A stretch of 64,000 nucleotides of DNA, from contig OZ024741.1 of NCBI GenBank assembly GCA_964016885.1, positions 188,604,001-188,668,000 on the forward strand, read 5' to 3'. The notes below the pieces were generated by a model. That model saw nothing but the letters and a program-made list of their open reading frames with translations, was not told where the DNA came from and ran no database searches. Positions within the stretch are counted from its first letter, which is position 1. Each line of letters opens with the position of its first letter. The stretch is from Eledone cirrhosa (Eukaryota). Both the position numbers and the translations under genes were made by a program. Of the stretch, positions 27,530-39,531 are shown in pieces.

Positions 27530-29290
27530 ATCCCTTCCAAAATACACTTCTAAATGACATTAACAAATCCAAATCATCTAATAATGTCTTTTTGTCTTTT
27601 CGGACAAGAGAAATCGTTTGTATGAACTAGATAAAGGAAAGTATAACCACCTTATCCCTAATAATATAACTGGTAAATACCAGAAGGCCAAACCTAACAC
27701 CTATAACATGATTAACGATAAAGCCAAAGATATTGTCAGAAATTATAAGACCAACATAAGAATAGAATACTTAGCTAAACGTGATGCTTTCATTACCCTG
27801 AAGGATCACGAACATGACTTCACAAACAGGCCTAGCTGTACATTGATAAATCTTGCAGGGACAGAGTTAGAAATAGCTAGTAAAAAAGTTTTAAGAATTA
27901 TTAAAAACACCAACCTCTCACTGTGGAATCTGTCATATCCTGGTTCACAGACATCCTCTTTAAGAACAGGACCAAATTCACACAGTTTGATATTATTGGT
28001 TTCTTGATAATGCTTTAGACTTTGCTCGTTCTTTTGTATACATCAGTGACAAGGAATATTAACTAATATTCCAAGCCAGTATAATCCTCTTATAACGGCA
28101 GTACATGGGTAAAAACATCTGACCCAGAAGATTCTTTTGACATTTTCATGGGGTCCTATGACAGTGCTGATGTTTGTTATCTTATCGGCTTAAACATTTT
28201 TCATACACTGACGTCTCGTTTGTATCGAGATGATGGTCTGTATCGAGATGATAGTCCTCCGTTTTTACATGATTATAACGGCCACACTCTAGAAGGATTC
28301 CGTAAAGATTTAATTGACATCTTTCACATAATAAGACTTAAAATTATGGTTAATACGAACTTTACTACTGCAAATTTCCTTGACATTAACTTAGACCTAA
28401 CCACAACTTCGTATAAACCATACCATAAACCCAACGAAACAGTGAAATATATTAATAAATGTCATGCCAAGCTCCTGCAGTTTTAAAAAAGCTCTAGTTT
28501 CTAATATTAGTGGTAAAACCTCAAATCTACGAGCAACCAGGGAAATATTCAATAAGGCTGCACCATACTACTATCAAGCCGCTCTCGACAGCGTTTTAAG
28601 GATAACATTAAGTACACATTCAATCAATCCCAATCCAAGCATAATAAACATGCCAACAGAAAAAAATAATTATCTGGTTCGCACCCACATTTTAATGTAA
28701 AGACTAACGTAGGTAAGAAATCCTTAGATCTAATCGGTAGATATTTTCCAACGCAACATAGTTACACTAAAATTTTAAATCGTAATTCCGTAAAGATATC
28801 CTATTCCCGTGGCCCGTCTATAAGATTAAAAATTACCGCAAATAATAAAGCCGACGTAAATTCAAGCTGCTCTTGTAGGATTAAAAAGAACTGCTCTCTC
28901 CAACAGAAATATAATATCAAATCCGTTGTGTATGAGGCAGAGATTTCACACAACACCACAGACAATTCTGAAGTTAACGAAAGATATGTGGGTATGGCGC
29001 AAGATCGTTTTAAACAAAGTTTTTACTTGCATCTCTACTCCTTCAGGAACCCTAATATGTGCTTGGCAAAAAGAGTCTGGCAATAAAGGAGAAAGGAGCC
29101 CAGCAAAAGATTACTTGGAAGGTACTTGAAAGGTCAAGATTTTATACCAATGGTATCAGGAGATATTGTCTCTGTCTTAGGATATTACAAGGTTTGTTGT
29201 CTGCGAACAATAGTTATTTGAACTCTAAGAACGAAAATTTTAGAGGATGACTATATCTCAATGACCAACTCTTGCTAAATGGAAACACTC
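27530..29290 (+). pseudogene. Penelope-like element RT/GIY-YIG remnant
   Basis: AFITLKDH, MGSYDSADVC..IG, LYRDDGL, NFLDINLDL...YKPYHKPN, then VVYEAEI...RYVG (GIY-YIG-like); many stops and frameshifts. Degenerate CTGATGA-GGA...TCC at 29755. Confidence 0.8.
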
Positions 29291-30135
29291 AATGAATTCA
29301 CCTGATATTCAACCACCTTGATATTGATTTCTATACTCGCTTAATAACTTTTCTTTTTTCCACGTTTACATAACATAGTACACCTTCTATACTATTCAAC
29401 TCCATAACTTAATAAAAAAACACATCTCTGTATTACATATCCCCCACATAATACCATACGTCTGCTATATTATCCATACGCTAACACACGTACACTAACA
29501 GCCATTTCAATTTTACATATTTGAGTTATTTCCCTTTGTTATACAACGTTTTCATAATGAAGCGTTTAGCGCACTATATGTTTAATGCTATCTTCAAACT
29601 CGTCCAAGCGCTAGTTCACAAATTTGATTGCTCTTACAATATTAATATATCCAACAGATGGCGATCTGAACAGACCTGCTTTTTCTCGAAGATTTTTTTT
29701 TCGTTTCTGCCCCTGCTCACTTTTTATTTCTTCTTTAATTTCTCATTCTATTTTCTGATGAAGGACTAGCATCCTTAACATTAAGACTCTCTTTCTACTA
29801 TATCAAGCGTAAAAATAACATATTACTTCATATACTGTGTCATTTACTTTGTTGTTTCTGTTTACTTTTTGCATACACACACACATATATTTATACACAC
29901 ATTATGCTAAACAGAATAATTTTTGAAGCTTGTTTCTCCCCTACGGTATGCTATATTTTCTGTTGTTCTCCTGTCTCACTCGCTTTACGCGTTTTAATTG
30001 TCCTAATAACTTATTTTGGTTATTATTGCACCGAAGTGAGATATATGATTTTTAATGCAATGAAATATCTATGATCTTCGGAAAATCACTGATGAGGGAC
30101 TTATTTTATTACATGTTACCATGTGCTACCTGTAG

Positions 30136-30269
<134 letters not shown>

Positions 30270-30621
30270 CACACACACACTCACACACACACACACACAC
30301 ATATATATGTATATACATATATACTGACTGATAAACACATACAAGCACATATGTTTGTTTGTTTGTGTGTGTGTGTGTGTGTGCGCGCCTGTGTGTGTGA
30401 GAGTATGTGTGTGTATGTGTGTGTACATGTACGCTAGAAATCAATATTTTCTCCCTTGTCAAGTAAATCATTTGCTGATAACTGCCAAGAAACAAGATTT
30501 ATCATATTAATGTTTCATTCTCATAAATATTATTAGTCTGTTTGATTTTCATGTTTATTTTGAGAACCTATCAATGGCATGAATTAAACATTTTTACTAC
30601 TTATTATCTATATATTTTATA

Positions 30622-30688
<67 letters not shown>

Positions 30689-30775
30689 CACACACACATA
30701 TTCCTCTCACCCCCTTTTTGCTATATGTCTCTCCACCACTCCCCTACACACCCTTTGAACTCTCTTCCCACACAC

Positions 30776-30846
30776 TTTTCACCTGAAGAAGGGCTTATGC
30801 CCGAAACGTCGTTCCCCACCACCACCCCACTCTCAAGAGCGTGAAA
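30776..30846 (+). ncRNA. Penelope-type hammerhead ribozyme core
   Basis: TTTCAC-CTGAAGA-aGGGCttatGCCC-GAAACGTC; the stem I partner GTGAAA lies at 30841, after an intervening segment. Confidence 0.55.
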
Positions 30847-30897
30847 TTAATAAACATTTGTTTGTACTGCCTCTCTTTTGTTCCCGTTCAATTTTTC

Positions 30898-30939
<42 letters not shown>

Positions 30940-31085
30940 AACGAGTAGGATCCCGACGGCTGAGCTCAAGCCGTTTCGACCAGCTCAGCCGTCGGGATCC
31001 TACTCGTTCCTATTACCCACTCTACTACCCTAAGTATTGAGTACTTTGGTTATGGTCCACTTGGTTCCTTACCACATTTCCTTCG

Positions 31086-31171
<86 letters not shown>

Positions 31172-31577
31172 AAGAATTCATATCTAGTAACATATATATA
31201 CATACAGATGCATATCAATGCTAGCAAATATATAGGTTTTGTCTTAATAACAGTGTGGTTCAATGCATGGGGTTGCAGAACAATAATATAAGAGACGTAA
31301 AATAAGAAAATTATAAAATTAACTTACTTACTAAAATATCACTTCCAACTAATTAGTTTCTGGAATGGAGTAAATATATTTTCCGAAGAATAATATAGAG
31401 ACTGATCGACCTCGATGTCACGTGTTCGATTCTTTTTGAATTTGCCACAGACGTAGAGGCAGTGATTTTCTCAATGGCTTGGAATTCAGTCCACGCTTCG
31501 CTATTTCCTATCCACTGAATTATTTTTTAATAAGTTTCCAGTGTCCTCGCTTTGCCTGGAAACTTACATGAGAATAG

Positions 31578-31660
31578 ACTTTCCTGACGACGGAATGCTT
31601 CTCTATATTATTCTTCTGAAAATATATTTACTCCATTCCAGAAACTAATTAGTTGGAAGT
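31578..31660 (+). ncRNA. Type I hammerhead ribozyme within fold-back module 31289-31712
   Basis: ACTTTC-CTGACGA-cGGAATG...CATTCCa-GAAACTAATTAGTT-GGAAGT; 6-bp stems I and II, palindromic stem III. Confidence 0.8.
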
Positions 31661-31708
31661 GATATTTTAGTAAGTAAGTTAATTTTATAATTTTCTTATT
31701 TTACGTCT

Positions 31709-31769
<61 letters not shown>

Positions 31770-31905
31770 TGGCAGCACGACCCTCCCAAAGTACAACAAT
31801 ATCTGTTTCAGCACACATTGGCAGCACGACCCTCCCAAAGTACAACAATATCTGTTTCAGCACACGTTTTTAGATAAGAAATCTTGCAAAACAAATTTAA
31901 AAACG

Positions 31906-31966
<61 letters not shown>

Positions 31967-32054
31967 TGTAATAAACAACATAAGATAATTATTTCATTTA
32001 CCAATGGTTTCTTGAAGACAGATACTTATGTCTGTCTTCATTCCTCAGAAGAAA

Positions 32055-32120
32055 TATTCTTTCTGATGAATGAAGACAGACATAAGTATCTGTGTTCAAG
32101 AAACCAGTGGTAAATGAAAT
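32055..32120 (+). ncRNA. Type I hammerhead ribozyme in hairpin module 31961-32150
   Basis: CTGATGA-aTGAAgACAGAcataagtaTCTGTgTTCAa-GAAACCAGTGGTA; weak stem I. Confidence 0.6.
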
Positions 32121-32561
32121 AATTATCTTATGTTGTTTATTACAAAACTAAAAAGCTCTGTAGCCTACATAGAGCACTCTCTTTTCCTTTACCTCTCCTA
32201 CGGAAATACTTCATTTACACACACACACACTTATATGTATATATAAATGGAAATGACTTCTATAGGACTCTGACTCTTTCATTCACATGAATCATAATAT
32301 ATATATATATAGGGAGAAGGGCCGTTAAAGTGAAGATGGTGATGATATATATGAGTGTGTATGTTTTCACGTTGATGCAACTGAAACCATTAGGGTCATA
32401 TTCTTATGTCCCACAGCTTAACAGTTTGATATGTAAAGAGCAAGTAAAGGTTGGCTTCAAGAAGGGAATCCAGCAGCCATACTATATTGCCTCAAAACTC
32501 TCATCCAACCCATGCAAGCATAGAAAAGTAGACGTAAAACAGATGATGATAATGAGATCGT

Positions 32562-32653
<92 letters not shown>

Positions 32654-32654
<1 letters not shown>

Positions 32655-32808
32655 ATGTGTTACCCATATAAACTGTCTCCCTCTATTGGGGAAAATCGAC
32701 TAACTTTTAAATTCCATCTGTGATAACATTTTACACGTTTTTATTGTATGTAAACTTCCCCCTTTGTATTTGTCCCCTTCTTTTGTGCCCCTGTGGCTAA
32801 TAAAGAAA
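32654..32808 (+). mobile_element. 3'UTR fragment of a Tx1-like LINE in (CTAT)n
   Basis: Ends gtggctaataaagaaat like the 38713 terminus; flanked by (CTAT)n. Confidence 0.7.
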
Positions 32809-32833
32809 TATATCTATCTATCTATCTATCTAT

Positions 32834-35800
32834 TTTGGTAGCTGGACACACACAATTTTGCTGGTCCATTTATTTACAAAAAACAGAAATTATTGTTTAA
32901 AAAACACATTATTTTGTAGATTAACCCCCAGGCTGAATTGTCAGCTGGGTGGCAATCTCATTTTTAATTTAATTTGAAATTAATTTGAAAACTGTTAAAA
33001 TGTTTTAATATTTTGCCATCAGCTATGGCAAGCGTACCAAGAACGCTAACGAACGTTGAAGAAGGAAAAAGAAAAGAAGAAATAAAGTTTAACGTTGCTA
33101 AGAACTTTGCCTGTATCGATGTAGTTGACAACAAAGTTTTGTGTAACGAAAGGGAAGTAGACAACACAAATAAAATTGAATCGCACAGTGAACCACACAG
33201 TATACAAGACACCAAAATCAACAGAAAAACAATTGACACAACTACAAACGGAAAACCCGACAACCACAACAACAACAACAACAACACAAAAAATAACTTT
33301 TACAAAAACAGTAACAAATAATAATAATGTTACCGCTAACTCCGCATGTATTGGCGTCACCATGGAAACCAATATGGACAACAAAAATAAAAACAAGATC
33401 GAACCACACATGGTACAACAGACAGAAAAAACAACAGAAAATAAAACCATTGACACAACTACAAAGGGAAAAACCGACAACCACAACAACAACAATAACA
33501 ATAACACCAAAAAAACTTTTGCGCAAACAGTCATCAAGACACAAGAGTTCAAGGATCTCGATATCTCCAATGCGAAACAGATGCTCTCTGAAGCAAAGGA
33601 GTTTATCACTTTCGGAGAAAACGGGGGATTTTAGATAAACTCACCCCCAGAAATTCGTCTGGAAACATTTCGAAGGACAATTACCTTCAGAACTGTTTCA
33701 AATGAAACAAAACGACCAGCATTCCTCAGTCAAGGGGAAATTGAGGCAACCTTGAAAGAGATATTGTCAGACATTGACTTTATGCAGAGGGCCAAACAGT
33801 ACAGGAGTATTTCGGTACTCCTCAAAAGCGAGGCTCTTGCACAAAGATACTCAGTGACGCCAATACTGTCACAAAAATACATCTTTTTCCTTACATACCT
33901 TCGAAAAAGGACACAAAAAATGAGAGTTTCAAACATACCACCAAATATTAATATTTGGTGGATATTGGCAGGATTTTTAGAGGAGAGAAAAGACATCAAA
34001 AAGCCAACCAGACACACCTGGTCTGGTACAAATTTGGAGATTCTGGTGCAAATGAGCCCGGAAAGAATCTCCAAAATACTAGAAAAAGTGCTGGTGGACA
34101 ACAACAGCCACATAAACATTTCGGTGGAGGGACGAAAACCACATTGCTTTCGTTGCAATAGCACCACACACCTAAAGGCCTCCTGCCCTTTACAAACACG
34201 CTCAACCAAAACAATACAAAAGAAAACTGTTACCAACACCAACACCAAAACAACCACCACCACAACAACAACTCACGAAACAAGCAAACACACCAAAACA
34301 AGCAGCCACTCAACCAACAACAACTGAAAAAACACAGACAACACCCTTGAAGAACACAGCCCCACTTCATCCCACTCCATCAAACACTACCACAAACACA
34401 CACACCGAAACACCACCACCACACAACATACCCCTACCCCACACCCCTGACGATGATTATTCATCAACAGATGAGGCTGCTTCTCCTTCTTTAAGTGAAG
34501 AAGAAGGAGAGCCCCGGAAATCTAAAAAACAAAAAAAGAGACACCACAAAACCCCCAAAACTCCAATCACCAACATCAACACACAACCACAGACACAAAC
34601 AACACCACAGTCAAACATTCCCCTACCAGCCAAACCAAAACCAACACCACGCCAAACACAAGCACCCACCATAAAAAGAAAACTCCCGGACGAACAACAA
34701 ACTAAAACAACACAACAAAAACACAAACAACAATACGCATACATCAACACAAACAACAAGAGTTTGATGGAGGTCATCTCCCAAAACCCCAAGGTGGAGA
34801 CGGAGGGAAAAACTTTCGTCAAAGCAGAATCGTCTCCACACCTTAAACTTATAAGGGTTTCTATGGAGACCTATAGTGACCTAAAAAATAAATTTTCGCA
34901 GGACGTGGCGAGAAATTCATCAACCGTGTCCTGCTAAAATGTTTCCCCACCCCACCCAACACCCAAATGGAGATTGAACAACCCGATCTCCAGGAAACGA
35001 AAAGGTAAGTGCACCTTTTCGTCCTTTTTCTCCAACTCTTCTTCACCAACATGGCTAGTTTATGAGTTGGAAGCATGAATGTACGTGGCCTAGGGATGCC
35101 CTGGAAACAGGGCCAACTTTTAAACGACCTTCGGTCACACGGTATGGGTGTGATAGCCGTCACCGAGTCCAGGATCCACAACAGACAGCAACTAACCCCC
35201 ATCTTCGACGACTTTGAGATATACCCATCTCTCTCTCAGCCAGAAGGTGGAGGGGGAGTAGCTGTCATGTTTCGGAAGAACCTGGACGTCGAAGTACAGC
35301 AACTACACTTGGACCCGGAGGGTAGACTGGTAGTCCTAGACGTAAACAGTATTGGAGGTGGAGCCTTCAGACTGGTGGTCGTTTATGCCCCGACCGGGCA
35401 ATCGCAATCACGGCCAGACTTCTTTAAGCGTCTAGAGTCTTTTCTGGGAACGTCTCGCTCCTTACTTTTAGTGGGGGACTGGAATGGTATCCTAGATGCA
35501 CGATGGGACTATGTGGGAGCATGTCCCAGTAGAGGGGGGTGCAACAGCCTCAAAACTTTAATTCGCCAATTCCATCTGGCCGATAGGTATCGACTGGATT
35601 TCCCGACTGAACCACAGTGGACGTGGGCAAACCGCAGTGGGACATCTGGATCGTATTTAGATAGGTTCTTCATTAGAGAAAGGGACAAGGAGATGTTAAG
35701 CTGTCCACGAATGCACATGGTTGCCTATTCAGAGACAAATTAGTTGTCTGCATAGTCAACCGTGATAGAACACATAAACAAGGACCCGGATACTGGAAGC

Positions 35801-38713
35801 TGAACGTGTCGCTGCCGGCACGTAAAGCTGACAGTGAACGGATAAGTAGACTAGTCAAGCAACAGTTAACGGGAGCCATCGTCAACAATAGATGGTGGTA
35901 CTCTCTCAAGAAAGCAATTAGAGTAGAATCGATAGGGTTTAGCAGAGAGTTAGCCTTAGAGAAAAACAAAATAGAAAGAGAACTAGTAGCCAAGGTAGAG
36001 GAGGCACTTAGAAGTAGCAACACGGCTAGAATGTTAGCATCGAGAACGGCACTGGACCAGTTCTTCGATGGGAAACACGAACACTGCGTGGACAGAAGCA
36101 AAACACGTGCTCTAGGAAACAAAGGAACGAAACTGTCAGCTGGGCCCGAGTAGCGGAGGCAAAAATTGTCCACGATTCGGTTTTTAAAAGACCAAAACGG
36201 ACGCGTGCTACTTGACCCCAAGCAAATGTGCGCGGCCTTTCAGCAGCACTTTGCGCGACTGTTTGAGCAGAACGCGGTGAGCCGAACGGGGCAATAGACT
36301 TTAGTTCATACCTTGACGGCCTACCGCGTCTCTCGAACACGGAGCCGAGTTCTGCGAAAGTTCACGGACACTGAGATACGAGCCGCTCTGGGCCGCTGCG
36401 GGAAACGCAAGTTACCCGGTCTAGATGATCTACCCTATGAGTTTTACATAGGCATGCCGGAGTTGTTCTCTGGCGTCCTCGAAGCCGTCTACTGCAATTG
36501 GCAGCAGAACGGGAGAATTCCCAGTTCTGCGGACAAGGGCGTAGTAACGCTGATCAGGAAAGACGAGAACAAGGGGGACGAAATTAACAACTTCAGGCCC
36601 ATAAGTCTGCTCAACATAGAGTTACAGACTTTGGCCAAGGTGCTAGTGACGAGGTTGGCGCTTGTCGTCAAGAACCTGGTAGGTAAAGCACAAACGTGTG
36701 CAATCCCGACCAGGTCCATACACGACAACCTCCACATGCGATACATCATAGAGAGGGTGGGTAGTAAACCCGGCTTCGGTGGGGCTCTGATCAATTTGGA
36801 TCAGTCTAAGGCATTCGATAGGGTCGACCATCGATACTTGGAAGCGGTTCTCAAGGCGGCCGGTTTCGGTCCCATTTTCAGAGGCTGGATCTAGGCGATG
36901 CACACCAGCATCTGCTCGAGGGTCAAGGTGAACGGCTACCTATCGGAGCCGTTCGCAATCAAGCGTTCCATTCAACAGAGGTGCCCTCTCTCTTCCATTC
37001 TGTATGTATTGACTCTAGAGCCACTACTGCGGAAATTGGAGCTGTTGCAGAGCATCCCTCTAGAACCGGGACTGCGCAAAGCGGCGTCAGCTTATGCCGA
37101 CGACTTGCCGGTAATGGTGTCGAGCACCTCGGAAATCGGGGTGATCGGGAACTTACTGAAAGAATACGAAATGCTGACGGGAGCAAAACTAAACCCGGAC
37201 AAGTCTATCGGTTTGCAACTCGGTACGTGGAGAGGCAAACCGATGACGTCCGACAGCGTCATTGGACGCTGGACGGACAGACCGGTGAAATTGCTCGGGG
37301 TCTGGTTCGGTACAGACCTCCAGGTGGAGAAAAACTGGAACGAGGTCACGACCAAGGTGTTTGCGCTCACCCAGAAGTGGGCAGAGTGCAAACTGTCCTT
37401 GAAAGGTCGAGCGGAGGTGGCGAACACTTTCATAGCGTCCGTCATCTACTACCGCTTGACTGTCGTGCCTTGTCCCCGTGAACACCTCGCCAAGATGGAA
37501 CGCACGCTCTTCCAGTTTTTGTGGAAGAAACAGGCTTCGCTGGTGAGTAGATCCGTCTGCTGTCAGCACCCTTCCAACGGAGGGCTGGGATTGCCGTGGC
37601 TGATGATGCGCAAACATGCGCTGAGGCTGCGGCATCTCCAGGTATTCCTCACCGACCCCCAACTGGTGTGGGCACCGTCTGTGAGACAGGCTTTCCCGCA
37701 GCTTGTCTCACTGACGGAGCTGCAGTCCAGGGTCAAGAAAAGACCGAAAACGATGGGCGCCTGGCACATTGAATGCGCTCAGGCGCTAATAGTCCTCAGG
37801 CACGCGGGCACAGCAATCAGTGGAGATTCCACTTCGACATTCTATAGAGGAATTATACGTTACAAGGGCGACGACGTGCTCGGAGAGACTCTGGGCGTCG
37901 AAGACGATGAGCTCACCAGTCTGTTTGGTAGGACTTTCCGCCCGGGACCTATGGACAACTTCCAGAAGTCCCTGGCCTGGCAGTGCTACCGAGGAACTCT
38001 ACCAGTTCGTGACAAGATCTACAGGCACGGACGCCCCGGCAGGGATCCTTCCAAGAGGACGTGTCCAAGATGCGCGCAGGACATTGAAACGGTCCTGCAC
38101 GCAATTGTACACTGCTCGGGTGTAACCGACCTGTGGAACTATGCAGAACAACTGCTGTCGCGTATGGGACAAATCTAGTTGACTGCCGAGTCCATAGTAA
38201 GGATCAAACCGCCAGCCTCTTTCAAAAACAAAAGAGAGGCGGGTTTCCTCTGTACAGTGGCTATGGTGAAAGAGGTTATATGGTGGACGAGATTGAGAGG
38301 ACTGAGGACAGATGCCTTTCTCTCTGGACAACAATTGATTCCCTTCTTTAAGTATCACTTTAGAAGGAGAATCAGAGTGGAGAGAGAGAGGCACTGCACC
38401 CCAGTAAATTTACTGAAAGGTGGGTGAATGAAGCGAAAATGGCCCGAGTGATTGGGCCTTCTCTGTTTATAAGCCTGTAGGTTAAAGAAGAGAGCAAAAG
38501 GAAGAAAGGAGCACTTGCACAACACGCTCCTGAAGTTGAGGGTTGTTCTATCAACGGGGTATTAAACAACCCATTTGTGGCGCTTCCCCCCTATTGAGGA
38601 TTTCAATTGTTATAATTGTTTGTTTTATATTTTTTACACGAATGTATGTAAAATCCCCGGCATGTCTTTGTATTGTCCCCTTTTCTTGTGCGCCCTTGTG
38701 GCTAATAAAGAAA
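32834..38713 (+). mobile_element. Near full-length Tx1/L1-clade LINE (ORF1 + ORF2 disrupted)
   Basis: ORF1 from about 33025 with CFRCNSTTHLKASC knuckle. ORF2 35051-38480: APE (NVRGL, GDWN, SYLDRF), RT (NFRPISLLN, DQSKAFDRV, AYADD) and C-terminal CPRC...H..HC. 3' aataaag end. Confidence 0.92.
35051..38480 (+). pseudogene. Tx1-like ORF2 (APE endonuclease-RT-zinc finger) with premature stops and frameshifts
   Basis: ORF pieces 35075..35743, 35806..36153, 36313..36894, 36898..38178, 38179..38427. Confidence 0.88.
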
Positions 38714-39531
38714 TCTATCTGACTGTATGTCTGTATGCCTGTATATTTGTATGTCTGTATGCCGTCTGTCTATCTGACTGTATGTCTGTATGTCTATTTA
38801 CCTGACTCTTTGCTTGTCAATTTTTCTATACTTAGATGCCCTTCCTATCATCAACCACTTCACAGAGTGTATTGGCTGCATTTATTGTGTAGTTCACTAT
38901 CTCACCAACACACATATGCACACACATACACACACACACATATACATACGTACACACATACACACACACACACACACACACAGGCATACATACATACATA
39001 CATACATACATACATACATACATACATACATACATACATACATACATACATAACTATCACTCCGTCGGTTATGACGATGAGTGTTCCAGTTGATCTGATC
39101 AATGGGACAGCCTGCTCATGAAATTAACGTGTAAGTGGCTGAGCATTCCACAAACACGCATACACTTAATGTAGTTCTCTGGGAGATTCAGTGTGACACA
39201 GAAAGTGACAAGGATGGCCATTCGAACTACAGGTACAACTCAATTTAGCCAGCTGAGTGAACTGAAGCTACGTGACCTCAAATCACTAAGACTCAGATAG
39301 GCAATGACAAAGGATCACGACATTTGGAGAGATGACATACTGAGAAGAACCCATCCAACCCATGCAAGTGTGGAAAAGAGGACATAAAAATGATGATGAT
39401 ATATATATAGTAATATGTAGAAGAGATATTTAATTTGTTGGAAATCCAACAAATATATATGTTTATAACTGATTCGAACCACTCGACAGATTTCTGGAGT
39501 AAGTATTCAATGATATTAAATAAATGGAAAC

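Noticed and set aside
30090-30125. CTGATGA hammerhead core
   Set aside because: No stem II or GAAA downstream.
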